Position numbers and translations under genes: made by a program. Under the pieces are notes generated by a model. It ran no database searches, was not told the DNA's origin, and saw only the letters and a list, made by a program, of their open reading frames with translations. 64,000 bases of DNA from Octopus vulgaris. Taxonomy: Eukaryota. Shown piece after piece: positions 12,575-25,238 of the stretch (positions are counted from its first letter, which is position 1; every line of letters starts with the position of its first letter). The DNA is taken from positions 58,342,001 through 58,406,000 of the forward strand of contig OX597833.1 of the NCBI GenBank assembly GCA_951406725.2, read 5' to 3'.

Positions 12575-13721
12575 ATAGAAACAAACATCACTGTGTACTT
12601 TGTCCGATGCTCTTTCAGGGACTCTAACCACTCAGTGTGCGCACACTCTCAATACAACGCTTGGTAGGATGTAGGTTACAGCATACCTGATCACATACAT
12701 CCGACGGGGCTTCCGCACCGTTTCCGCTTCACTTGCTATAAATAGCAACCAACTCTTCTCGAATCAGTCTCTACCACCTTAGCAACAAAAAGAAAAATTA
12801 CTCTGAATAATAACTTAGTCCAGTATTTTTTTTTTACTTGTTTCAGTCATTGGTTTGCAGATATGCTGGGGTCACCGCCTTGAACTAATCGAACCTAGTA
12901 TTTATTTTAAAGCCGGGTATTTATTCTGTCGGGTCCCTTCGTAGGAGTGGCTGTGTGGTAAGTTGCTTGCTTACCAACCACATGGTTCCGGGTTCAGTCC
13001 CACTGCGTGGCACCTTGGGCAAGTGTCTTCTACTATAGCCTCGGGCCGACCAAAGCCTTGTGAGTGGATTTGGTAGACGGAAACTGAAAGAAGCCCGTCG
13101 TATATATATATATATATATATATATAAATATATATATATGTGTGTGTATATGTTTGCGTGTCTGTGTTTGTCCCCCCCCCAACATCGCTAAGTTATGGCG
13201 ACACAAACAAACCAACACCGTTTGTCAAGCGGGTGTGAGGGACAAACATCGCAAACACACACACACACAACGGGCTTCTTTCAATTTCCGTCTACAAAAC
13301 CCACTCAAAAAAAGTCGAGCGGGGGCTATAGTAGAAGACACTCGCGAGGTGCCGCCAAATGGGACTGAACCCAAGACTACATGGTTAGGAAGTAGGCTTC
13401 TTAACTACCCAACACCAGAGCTGAAGACACCTCCGAAAGGAGGGGGGCCCCCGCTACGTCAAAACGGTAGAGGAGTAGGGGCCAAAACCGGACGGTGGTT
13501 CCTCCTGATGATGTCTTGAGCTAACTGGATCCTATAAAGGAGCTGTTGTGGTAGCAGACCACGAAACACGGTTGTAATTCCTCCTTTCTGCGATGTATAT
13601 GTGTGGATATAACAAGCGATGATTACCAGTGGAACGTCTTCGATGATTGGTCTGCACTTTCAGGGTTGACCTGCTGTTAAACAACAACCACTAAGTTTTT
13701 CGTTACTTGATTTGAGGGTCT

Positions 13722-14130
13722 CTCTTTTTACTCTTTTACTTGTTTCAGTCATCTGACGCGGCCATGCTGGAGCACCGCCTTTTAATCGAGCAACTCGACC
13801 CCGGGACTTATTCTTTTTGTAAGCCCAGTACTTATTCTATCGGTCTCTTTTGCCGAACCGCTAAGTAACGGGGACATAAACACACCAGCATCGGTTGTCA
13901 AGCAATGCTAGGGGGACAAACACAGACACACAAACACACACACGCACATGTATATATATATATACATATATACGACGGGCTTCTTTCAGTTTCCGTCTAC
14001 AAAATCCACTCACAAGGCTTTGGTCGGCCCGAGGCTATAGTAGAAGACACTTGCCCAAGGTGCCACGCAGTGGGACTGAACCCGGAACCATGTGGTTGGT
14101 AAGCAAGATACTTACCACACAGCCACTCCT
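13722..14130 (-). mobile_element. SINE family A, full length
   Basis: Complete consensus. Confidence 0.9.
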
Positions 14131-14437
14131 GTGGTCTGGTATAAAAAAAAAAAGACTCGTACTGCGCGGTGCCGCTCAATGGAATCGAACCTTGAACCAT
14201 ATTTATGACTGTGGAGCGACCTTAAACCACACGGCCGCGATCTCAATCATTTATGTCATATTGCTACGGTAGTGAGTATCACACAACTTTGAGGAGTATT
14301 AGCTGCTTAAATATATTCCTGTGTTGTAAATCGGATCTTGTACAAGTCTACGTGACGGACCACATCGCTTTCCGAACTATACTGGAAAGGCCCTCACGGG
14401 CCTAATTTCGCAATGAGTCTAAATGTTGTTATAACCT

Positions 14438-15104
14438 CGTAGGAGTGGCTGTGTGGTAAGTTGCTTGCTTACGAGCCACATGGTCCCGGGTTCAGTCCCA
14501 CTGCGTGGCACCTTGGGCAAGTGTCTTCTACTATAGCCTCGGGCCGACCAAAGCCTTGTGAGTGGATTTGGTAGATGGAAACTGAAAGAAGCCCGTCGTA
14601 TATATGTATATATATATGAATGTGCGTGTATATGTTTGCATGTCTGTGTTTGTCCCCCCAACATCGCTTGACAACCGATGCTGGTGTGTTTACGTCCCCG
14701 TAATTTAGCGGTTCGGTAAAAGGAGCCCGATAGAATAAGTACTAGGCTTACAAAGAATAAGTCCTGGGGTCGATTTGACTGCGGCCATGCTGGAGCACCG
14801 CCTTTAGTCGAGCAAATCGACCCCGGGACTTATTCTTTGTAAGCCCAGTACTTATTCTATCGGTCACTTTTGCCGAACCGCTAAGTGACGGGGACACACA
14901 CCAGCATCGGTTGTCAAGCAATGCTAGGGGGACAAACACATACATATATATATGCATACATATATACGACAGGCTTCTTTCAGTTTCCGTCTACCACTCA
15001 CAAGGCATTGGTCGGCCCGGGGCTATAGCAGAAGACACTTGCCCAAGATGCGACGCAGTGGGACTGAACCCGGAACCCACTTACCACACAGTCACTCCTG
15101 CGCC
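14438..15104. mobile_element. Two SINE A copies fused tail-to-tail (+ then -)
   Basis: + copy runs to GGGGTCGATTTG (~14777); - copy starts at ATTTGACTGCGG, overlapping by microhomology. Confidence 0.85.
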
Positions 15105-15417
15105 TATAAAAATAGATAATTTTTTTTTTTTTTACATAAATTAACGAAGTCTGCTACCACATCCGAAAGATTGCCCAAAACTTATAATACTAGTAAATAA
15201 AAGACAATAAAACAACAGTAGAATGTAAAGAATATTTAATGTGAAGTAAAAAGAATGTCAAGATCATTTATAATAAATATTATAATCGTTTTCTGAATCA
15301 CTTTCGCTAGCATTAGACTCGCGCAAACTATCACTTGTTGACGCGATCGCCGAATCCCAAGAACTCGTAGACGGACTCGTAGATTTCTTTTTAAAAAACA
15401 AGTCTAAGAGTTGTTTG

Positions 15418-15829
15418 GGATCTTTTCGGTTTGAGCGGCAGTTTTTTTCTTGCGGTGTCATATGAAATTGTCACCCATAATTATGACCCTAGAATCGATC
15501 TATTGCATTTCAGTCTGTTTTAGGGTTAGGGGTGGAGGGAAGGGTATCTTTTTTTCTTCAGAAATGTAAATAAACCCAATCTGATTCTTAAACGAGGGAC
15601 ATATTCATACGGCACAGAATGTTTTCACCTCAATAGACGTCATTGATTGGTTGAAATTGCAGAAATTGAAGAAAAAAAACGACAAATTTCTTACAAGCTA
15701 TAGAATTTTCTCAATAAAGCCAAGAGAAAAAGATGTTTTATAAACACATTCTACCAGTATACGAAGTTTAAAAGTGTTTAGTTACGTGGAAATTGTTTAA
15801 AAAAACTGCCGTTCAAACCGAAAAGATCC
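15418..15829 (+). mobile_element. MITE family E
   Basis: TIRs; 8-bp TSD GTTGTTTG. Confidence 0.92.
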
Positions 15830-16561
15830 GTTGTTTGCTTAGAAGCCTTTTTTTTTCGCTATTTATAAATTTCTCGGTCACACACAGAATCATTTGTTAT
15901 GGAAGCAGAAACTTTTGCACGTAGTTCAAAATTTGGATCTTGTGCTTGAAAAATAAAACTCGTAAATCAGGGGTCTCGTAAAGCAGGTCCTTCCTTGTGT
16001 ATGCAGCAGAAGACCGATACGTTATTTATGTCGACCCCTTGGAAGGGTGGGTGAAAGGCAAAGATAAATAACCTCGGCGAGATTTTAATTCAGAACAGAA
16101 AGAGCCTTAGCTTGTTCACAGCTTTGGTAGTTTGTTGGTTGGGCTGTCGACCTTGTTATATACAATTATGCAAATGAATTTGCACATAAAAAACATTCTT
16201 GTTTACGTTTTTTTAATTAATTTAATCAACTGCTTTATTTTATGAGTGAGTGATGAGTGAATCTACGTTGTTAAATAACAAAACCGACCAGTTTTTTTTT
16301 TCATTGATTCCAAGCTACCGTGATGGTCCTCATGCGTCTAAATTTCACAATGACCGTGTATTTAGTTATATGTAACCCATAGCAGGGCTTGAACTCTCGG
16401 CCCTGCCGGCTAACCGGAGTGTAAGTTTCATTGACCGCGGTATAGTCCGAAGATAGAGAGTAGTTGTGCTAGTGGCCTTCGTTGGCTCTTCAGACCCAAT
16501 GAGATCAAGGCTTTACATATTTCATGTTCTTCTCGAACAGCTAGCTATTTGATAGTGGACC

Positions 16562-16894
16562 CAATGGCCCAGTGGTTAGGGCAGCGGACTCGCAGTCGTA
16601 GGATCGCGGTTTCGATTCCCAGACTGGGCGTTGTGAGTGTTTATTGAGCGAAAACAGTGGAGGCGCAATGGCCCAGTGTTTAGGGCAGCGGACTCGCAGT
16701 CGTAGGATCGCGGTTTCGATTCCCAGACTGGGCGTTGTGAGTGTTTATTGAGCGAAAACACCCAAAAGGCTCCATGAGGCTCCGGCAGGGGTTGGTGGCG
16801 GTCCCTGCTGTACTCTTTCGCCACAACTTTCTCTCACTCTTTCTTCTGTTGGCCTGCTCGCTTAGCCAGCGGGGTGGCGTCATTCGAAGGCTAA
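16562..16894 (+). mobile_element. SINE family C (tRNA-Arg-like head, duplicated)
   Basis: TGGCCCAGTG(G/T)TTAGGGCAGCGGACTCG...GGTTTCGATTCCC occurs twice in tandem. Confidence 0.8.
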
Positions 16895-17228
16895 TCTAGT
16901 AACAGGGATGGGGCGATAGGAAAGGGGTCGGTTTAATCGAGAGATCCCTCAAAGTGTTAGACATCAATGTTGTTAGTATTTGGATCGGCTGAACAGGCGG
17001 AGGATCTTACACAATGTTGTTTTGGTATTTAGCTTCATCTCGAGTTCAAATCCCACCGATGTCGACCTCATCTTTTCATCATTTAAGGCTCGATAAAATA
17101 AAAATACCTGTCAAGTAAGTATTAGGGTCGATATTATTGGAATATTTCCGTACCCCCCAGCGGTTAAAAAATATTGAGATTCGTGTTTATTTCAGAAATC
17201 GATAATGATATTAAATTTATTAATATAC

Positions 17229-17638
17229 CTATTTCTTTACTACCTACAAGGCGCTAAACATAGAGGGGAACAAACAAGGACAGACGAACGGATTAAGTCG
17301 ATTACATCGACCCCAGTGCGTAACTGGTACTTAATTTATCGACCCCGAAAGGCAAAGTCGACCTCGGCGGAATTTGAACTCGGACCGTAACGGCAGACGA
17401 AATACCTATTTCTTTATTACCCACAAGGGGCTGAACATAGAGGGGACAAACAAGGTCAGACAAACGGATTAAGTCGATTATATCGACCCCAGTGCGTAAC
17501 TGGTACTTAATTTATCGACCCCGAAAGGATGAAAGACAAAGTCGACCTCGGCGGAATTTGAACTCAGAACGTAGCGGCAGACGAAATACGGCTACGCATT
17601 TCGCCCGGCGTGCTAACGTTTCTGCCTGCTCGCCGCCT
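17229..17638 (-). mobile_element. SINE family B dimer
   Basis: Flanked by TSD TTTATTAATATACC; internal junction at ~17408. Confidence 0.9.
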
Positions 17639-18287
17639 TGAGATTTTATTAATATACCCTATAATAAACACAGAGGGAGCCTGTACAACTTAAAATAATA
17701 AGCAGCCAAATCTCCCTCAAATAGTACCTAAACCTCTCTGAAGAAGACACGTTTGGATGATGTCGTCTGGGGTTCCTTGCACATAGGAAAAAGACAGGAT
17801 GGCCAAGGCTGGAATGCAATTTGATCATCGGAGTGCACAATCAGTGCTGCTGGCCTTCGGCTGTACAACATTCCTTGAATGTTCCTAAGTTCGTGAGATA
17901 GCTGTGAGATTCCTGTAGAATAGAGTCGGAAATTATCTTGTGCTTGAAAAACTGGAATTTCTCCGGATATGTATGTTTTAATCGTAGATTACAATTCTGT
18001 GAAAGAAATAAAGAAGAAAAAAAAAAAAGAATGGGAGGGTAAATTTTACCCCAACTCCCCACCAGCTTTCTTCTTGAAATGTTAGGCGGATTGAGGTTTT
18101 AAACACTTGGAATTATTATTTTTCAAAAACCATCCGTAACTTTTTTAAACAAATGTTTAAATGGCGGTGCCCCAGCATGGCCACAGCTTGTGAGCTGAAA
18201 CTAAATAAAATAAAATAAAAAATCTGGAAAGACATTTTTATAAATAAGAAAAGAGGCAAAACTGGAAAAATCACACAAAATTACGGG

Positions 18288-18614
18288 CATTTGACTGCGG
18301 CCTTGCTGGAGCACCGCTTTTAGTCGGACAAATCGACCCCCTGGACTTAGTCTTTGTAAGCCTTAGTGCTTATTCTATCGGTTCCTTTTGCCGAACCGCT
18401 AAGTTTCGGGGACGTAAACACACCAACATCGGTTGTCAAACGGTGGTGGCGGGACAAACAGACACACATACATATATACATATACGACAGGCTTCTTTTC
18501 AGTTTCCGTCTACCAAATCCACCCACAAAGCTTTGGTCAGTCCAAGGTGCCATGCAGTGGGACTGGACCCGGATCCGTGTGGTTGGAAACCAAGCTTCTT
18601 ACCACACAGCCACG

Positions 18615-18618
<4 letters not shown>
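18288..18618 (-). mobile_element. SINE family A, diverged
   Basis: Consensus match with internal deletion. Confidence 0.8.
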
Positions 18619-18658
<40 letters not shown>

Positions 18659-19274
18659 TATTTATATATTTACCGTGACCATCCCGCATACGATTTGTGT
18701 CTATCAATGATTACATTGTGCGTGGTATTTCTTTTGCATTTGAAGACGGTAGGATGATTATAAGGGTGAAATGGCTGCTATTTCTAGCAGATCGTACAAC
18801 CGCATAGTGGTAGAGGCATCTTCTTCGCTGGCTGGCTTGTTTGTGACATAGTTTCAGGCGTGTGTGTAACATCACTTGGTGTGCGCGCGCGTGCTTGTTG
18901 TGTGTACGTGTGTGTGTATTATATATATAATTTCACCGTAAACACATGTCAAGTGCTTTGTGCTTGCATCATATAGGTCGCGTGTACTCTGGATTCTGTC
19001 TTGCTAGTGTGCAAGCTGTTCGTTTTAGATAACCACATCTCTAGTTTGCCAAAATAATTGGCACGACAAGCGGGGCGTCGGATGAAATGCCTTGCGGTGG
19101 GTGCATAGTTATATGCGCGATGAGTTCGAATCACGCTGACGTCCGCTTTGTCATTTTGTTCTTCCGTGGTCGATAAATCGATGTAGCAGCGAAGTGCTGG
19201 AGTCAGTTCAATCTATTGTTATTCTCCCAACCAATCTTCTGGCCGTGTGCATATGTTAGAACCAATTATTAATA

Positions 19275-19687
19275 GGATATTTTCGGTTTGAACGGCAGTT
19301 TTTTAAAAATAATTTCTAGGTAACTAAAACATTTTTAAACTTCGTATACTGGTAGAATGTATTTATAAAACATCTTTTTCTCTTGGCTTTATTGAGAAAA
19401 TTTCATGGTTTGTAAGATATTTATTGTTGTTTTTCTTCAATTTCTGCAATTTCAACCAATCAATGACGTCTATTGAGGTAAAAAAAAGACATTCTGTGCC
19501 GTATATGTCCCTCGTTTAAGAAACAGATTGGGTTTATTTACATTTGTGAAGAAAAAAAGATACCCTTCCCCCACTCCTAACCCTAAAACAGATTGAAATG
19601 CAATAGATCGATACTAGGGTCATAATTATGAGTGACAATTTCATATGACACCGCTTGAAAAAACTGCCGTTCAAACCGAAAAGATCC
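19275..19687 (-). mobile_element. MITE family E
   Basis: TIRs; flanked by a 13-bp direct repeat CCAATTATTAATA. Confidence 0.9.
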
Positions 19688-19759
19688 CCAATTATTAATA
19701 TTCTTAGAAAGGAGTCGATTAGCTCAATCGTTAAGCACATCGAAAAGTAAAAAAAAAGC

Positions 19760-20368
19760 TTTGTGGTAAAAGTCCTAGCTCTACGTTCTGAGTTCAAATA
19801 CCGCTGGGGTCAACTTCGATTTTCGTTTTTTCGGGGTTAATAAAATAAAGCACCGATCAAGTACTGGGGCGGTAGGTATCGACTTATCCCCTTCCTCTCC
19901 AAATTGCTGGTCTCGTGCTTAGATCAAAACCCATTTAAAGCAGAATCGCTAGCACGCAGAGCAAAATGCTTAGCGGCATTTCGTCCGTATTTACGTTGTG
20001 CGTTCAAATTCCGCCGGGGTCGAATTTGCCCTTCAGCCTTCCGAGGTCGATAAAATAAGTACCTGTTGAACAGTAGAGGGTCGATGTAATCGACCTATCT
20101 CCTCCCCACCAAATTTCAAGCCTTGTGTCTATAGTAGAAAAGATTATTATTATTATTATTATGGCGGCGAGCTGGCAGAATCGTTAGCGGGTCGACGTTT
20201 CGTTCGTATTTACTTTCTCAATTCAAATTCCGCCGTGGTCGACTTAGCCTTTCAGCCTACCTGGGTCGATAAAATAAGTACCTATTGAGCATTGGAGTCG
20301 ATGTAATCGACTAGCCCCCCCCCCCCCACCTCACCTGAAGTTGTTGGTCTCGTGCCAAAATTTGAAAC

Positions 20369-20370
<2 letters not shown>
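19760..20370 (+). mobile_element. Three older SINE-B-type copies with alternative tail (CCAAATTTCAAGCCTTGTG...)
   Basis: Repeated GTTCAAATTCCGCCG..GGTCG..GATAAAATAAGTACC. Confidence 0.7.
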
Positions 20371-20429
<59 letters not shown>

Positions 20430-20430
<1 letters not shown>

Positions 20431-20743
20431 TATGTTTAACTTTTGCTTTATATTTGTACAAGTTGGCTCCAAGTCTCACCCAGAGACCTCAAGAGACAAC
20501 AGGCTGGAAGTTCATGTTGTTGTTATGCCTAGTGTGCCATATATTTGGTTTTTTCTTTTGGTGTTGTACTAGTGAATGTCCAAAAAAAAAAATTATGTTT
20601 GTTTTAAACCCTGATATTACATAGAAAGTATTTTGCGTAGGATATGAGCAGTTCCCATGAGCACTATCTTTTGAATTTCTACCATTTTGGGGTTTCCTGG
20701 TATCTGAGTTAGGTAGCAATCAGCCCCTTTCGCTATCATTCCC
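20430..20743 (-). mobile_element. 5'-truncated R4/Dong-like non-LTR retrotransposon (ORF C-terminus + 3' UTR) in (TAA)n
   Basis: 20742-20617 translates GMIAKGADCYLTQIPGNPKMVEIQKIVLMGTAHILRKILSM*, resembling the QK.VL.GTA.ILR end of restriction-like-endonuclease LINEs; both flanks are (TAA)n. Confidence 0.75.
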
Positions 20744-21221
20744 ATTATTATTATTATTATCATTATTATTATTATTATTATTTGCCTCTCGTGTCACCAT
20801 TGTCTTTCATCGTTTGAGTGATCGAGAGACTAAATCCAGTTACTAGCTTCAGTTTCGTGGACTCAACTCTCCCCTCGAAGTTGGTACTTTGCCTATCTTA
20901 GGTAATCATATTATACAACGAAGCCTGTTTGTTGTGGAGGGAGAGGGCGGATCTGATATTTCGGTTCTGTCCATCTGGTCGTCATGTGTTTGCTAATCTA
21001 ATGAATAAACCATCAGAAACTAGGATTAAGCCGGCATCATATAGTAGTATTACATATAGAACACACAGTTTCTAAGTCTAGTTTTGAATTTTTCCATGCG
21101 TAATCGTCCAATGATTAACCCTGTACACCTCATTAGCGATGTATTTCCCGGGGGGTAATTGGGCGTTTCGTGTCTTTCGGCAACCACACTCTCTTACTCG
21201 GACGACCCAACCGACTTAGAT

Positions 21222-21465
21222 ATACCTATCTACCTATCTATCTATCTATCTATCTATCTGTCTGTCTGTCTAACTATATCTGTCTGTCTGTCTAACTATA
21301 TCTGTCTGTCTGTCTAACTATATCTGTCTGTCTGTCTAACTATATCTGTCTGTCTGTCTATCTATGTATGTCTATCTGTCTGTCTATCTATGTATGTCTA
21401 TCTGTCTATCTATATCTCTGTCTATCTATCTGTCTATCTATCAATCTCTCTCTCTCTCTCTCTCT

Positions 21466-21495
<30 letters not shown>
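21222..21495. repeat. (TATC)n/(TGTC)n/(CT)n(GA)n compound microsatellite
   Basis: Direct reading. Confidence 0.9.
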
Positions 21496-21496
<1 letters not shown>

Positions 21497-21888
21497 CACT
21501 CACTCACTCCAAATATTTTCTTGGATTCTTGTTTTCGACAACACACTTTTTTTATTTTTTTAATGCAGATTGCCTGATATAATTTCCCACTTTATTTTGT
21601 GGTCAACCCAAAAGAACGCCAAACGAGACTACATACCCTCTGTGGGTCCACAACCTGTAGATTTTAAATCCTACAACTGATTCGTTTACGCCGCTAACAT
21701 GCTAAATTGACACTTAACCAGTCGCTGTCTGTCCCCTTTTTGGCCAAGCAAAATAACGTGATTTATCCAAGGACACACCATTCCTCCTTGGCCGTCGTGA
21801 ATCGTACCCAACATCTTATGGTCGAGAGCCCAGATGCCTAACCACTAAGCTACATGCCTTCACGTTCTACACGTATTTCATCCCACGC

Positions 21889-22282
21889 TTACTCTTTTAC
21901 TTGTTTCAGTCATTTGACTGCGGCCATGCTGGAGCACCGCCTTTAATCGAGCAACTCGACCCCGGGACTTATTCTTTTGTAAGCCCAGTACTTATTCTAT
22001 CGGTCTCTTTTTGCCGAACCGCTAAGTGACGGGGACGTAAACACACCAGCATCGGTTGTCAAGCAATGCTAGGGAGACAAACACAGACACACAAACACAC
22101 ACGCGTATATATATATACATATATACAACGGGCTTCTTTCAGTTTCCGTCTACCAAATCCACTTACAAGGCTTTGGTCGGCCCGAGGCTATAGTAGAAGA
22201 CACTTGCCCAAGGTGCCACGCAGTGGAACTGAACCCGGAACCATGTGGTTGGTTAGCAAGCTACTTACCACACAGCCACTCC
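21889..22282 (-). mobile_element. SINE family A, full length
   Basis: Complete consensus. Confidence 0.9.
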
Positions 22283-22359
22283 TCTTGATTTTTTTTTGTT
22301 TGATATCTGCCCTTCTTCATTTGGACATTTGTTTAGCCAGCTAAACAAATGCTTATGCC

Positions 22360-23570
22360 GAGTTATCCGGCCAGCCACCTACCCACCATGTATCGAGCCT
22401 TCCACCCGTCCTTCGAGTCATCCACCCATCCATCCGTTTATCCATCGGGCCATCCATCTAGCTATCTATCGAGCCTTTCATTCATCTATCCGTCCTTAGA
22501 GCTAGCCGGCCATCCATCCATTCTTCGAGCCTTGGAGGGTACTACTTAAGAAGAGCGGTCCCGGTGCGCGCACTCGCGTACTCGCGCATCCACGCTGGCT
22601 AGTCGTGACTAGTCGATCTTTACTTTGTGTTTTTGTGTTTTATTTACTTTGTTTTAAAAAAATTATTTACTTTGTGTAAAATAAATTATTTATATTGTGT
22701 TTTATTTACTTTGCTAGGTAGTCGTTGTAGGATCGACTAGTCACGACTAGCTAGCGCGGATGCGCGAGTACGCGAATGCGCGAGTACGCGAATGCGCGCA
22801 CCGGGACCACTCTTCTTAAGTAGTACCCCATTTAGCTATCTGTCGAGCCTTCCATCCATCTATCCGTCCTTCGAGCTAGCCTTAGACCCATCCATCCGTC
22901 TATCTATCTAGCTATCTATCGGGCCTTTCATCCATCTATCCGTCCTTCGAACCAGCCGGCCATCCATTCGAGCTACCGTGGAGCCATCCACTCGTCCTTC
23001 GACCCATTCATCCATCCACTCTTCCTTCGATCCATCCATCCTATCGACGTCCTTCGACCCATTCATCCATCCACTCTTCCTTCGACCTATCCATCCATCC
23101 ATCCATCTATCTATCGAGCCTTTCATCCATCTATCCGTCCTTCGAGCCAGCCATCCATCCATCCATCCATCCATTCGAGCTAGCCGTGAAGCCATCCACT
23201 CATCCTTCGACCCATCCATCCATCCATCTATCTATCGAGCCTTTCATCCATCTATCCGTCCTTCGAGCCATCCATCCATCCATCCATCCATCCATTCGAG
23301 CTAGCCGTGAAGCCATCCACTCATCCTTCGACCCATCCATCCGTCTATCTATCTAGCTTATCTATCTATCCGTCCATTCGAGCTAGCCGTGGAGTCATCC
23401 ACTCGTCCTTCGACCCATCCATCCGTCTATCTATCTAGCTTATCTATCGAGCCTTTCATCCATCTATCCATCCTTCGAGCTAGCCGTGGAGCCATCCACT
23501 CGTCCTTCGACCCATCCATCCGTCTATCTATCTATCTATCTTGACATATCCATCTAACGAGCCATCTAGC
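22360..23570. repeat. Complex (CCAT)n-derived minisatellite with TCGA-containing units, interrupted by a MITE
   Basis: Recurrent CATCCATCTATCTATCGAGCCTTTCATCCATCTATCCGTCCTTCGAGC. Confidence 0.85.
22537..22828. mobile_element. CpG-rich MITE with ~80 bp TIRs (GGGTACTACTTAAGAAGAG)
   Basis: Clear TIRs around an AT-rich spacer; TSD not convincing. Confidence 0.8.
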
Positions 23571-24186
23571 CATGTATTTATTTATCTGTGTGTTTGTCAA
23601 GTCAGAGAGAGAGACGTAGTATATATTTATAACATTGACAAATGCTTTGTTGCCGGCTTAGTTTCTAGCAAAGTGTTGTTCGTGTGTGTGTTTCTATCTA
23701 AAAGAGTGTGAGTAAGAGAGAGAGAGAGAGGGTCAAAGGAAATACGTGTGCCTTAACACGTGCACATCAGTCAGTCAGACTGAATTTCCATTGTGTATTT
23801 GCTTGTGTATATGTCTCTGTTCATACTCTTGTTTTGTCTGTGTGTATGCCTTATGCCTATCTTATGTCAGTGTGTGAGAGACTTTTTGTGTGTGTGTACA
23901 CGTGTTTCTCTTTAGCAGTGTGTCTCTCTCTCTTGATATGTGAGTATATCTCTCTTTGTGTGTGTTTATTGCTTGTGAAAGCATTTATTTGAATGTAGGC
24001 ACTATCGAATGCTTCTATTATCTTTTACGTCACGACAGCGCTGCTCCAGCGTGGCTTGATCTACAATAAGTTTGCTAAATAAATAAATATAATAAACTGG
24101 CTTCCTGCGCAAGAGACCTCTATACGGTCGTTCAACCTGCTAGAAATAACAGGCAGTCCACCCTCGAATGAATTTTCTTCTATACA

Positions 24187-24587
24187 CCTTTCTACTTTAG
24201 GCACAAGGCCTGAAATTTTGGGGGAGGGAGTAAGTCGATTACATCGACCCCAGTGTTTCATCGGTACTTAATTTATCGACCCCGAAAGGATGAAAGGCAA
24301 AGTCGACCCCGGCGGCATTTGAACTCAGAACGTGAAGACAGACGAAATACCTATTTATTTTCTTTACTACCCACAAGGGGCTAAACACAGAGGGTACAAA
24401 CAAGGACAGATAAACGGATTGAGTCGATTACATCGACCCCAGTACGTAACTGGTACTTAATTTATCGACCCCGAAAGGATGAAAGGCAAAGTCGACCTCG
24501 GCGGAATTTGAATTCAGAACGTAACAGCAGACGAAATACTGCTATGCATTTCACCCGGCATGCTAACGATTCTGCCAGCTCGCCGCC
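24187..24587 (-). mobile_element. SINE family B dimer (two different 3' tails)
   Basis: Full head at 24587; junction at ~24351. Confidence 0.85.
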
Positions 24588-25197
24588 CTATAGTCATCAC
24601 AATAACATCATAGTCATAACAACCACCGTGTTCATTCTAAACCGATTTCCTCGCCCGTCTTCTAAAATGTTCCAGAGAATGTGGCCGTGTAGTCGTTTTG
24701 ATTCCAACTCGACTGAGGACAGGGTCTCTGGTCCTCTGGTACAAAGACTCCTAAGTTAAAATGTTCACGTTCATATTTGTAAAAACCTCGTGTCATTAGC
24801 TTACTGGCGGTCTTTCTTTCTTTGTGCATTTAATATGGCAGACAAAGTGAAAATAACTGCGACCATTTGAAAGTGAAAGTAGAGTATTATCATTGTGTGT
24901 GTGTACCTGTGACGGCGTATGTTTACGTACAGCTGTGTTTGTCTTGTGTCGCAAGATATATTTCATTGTGAAAACATCCGGTTTGATAACTAACTTGAAT
25001 AAACAAATAAAATCAGCCTCATTTGACGGTTACTCTCTCTTTTTCTTTTACTCTTTTACTTGTTCCAGTCATTTGACTATGGCCATGCTGGAGCACCGCC
25101 TTTAGTCGAGCAAATCGACCCCAGGACTTATTCTTTGTAATCCTAGTACATACTCTATCGGTCTCTAGATTACGGGGACGTAAACACACCAGCATCA

Positions 25198-25235
<38 letters not shown>

Positions 25236-25238
<3 letters not shown>

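Noticed and set aside
15264-15410. Ser/Asp-rich ORF (STSPSTSSWDSAIASTSDS...)
   Set aside because: Its start lies in a MITE TIR; short, with no recognisable domain or splice context.
16657-16735. tRNA-Arg-like sequence
   Set aside because: No proper acceptor stem; continues into a SINE body and is multi-copy.
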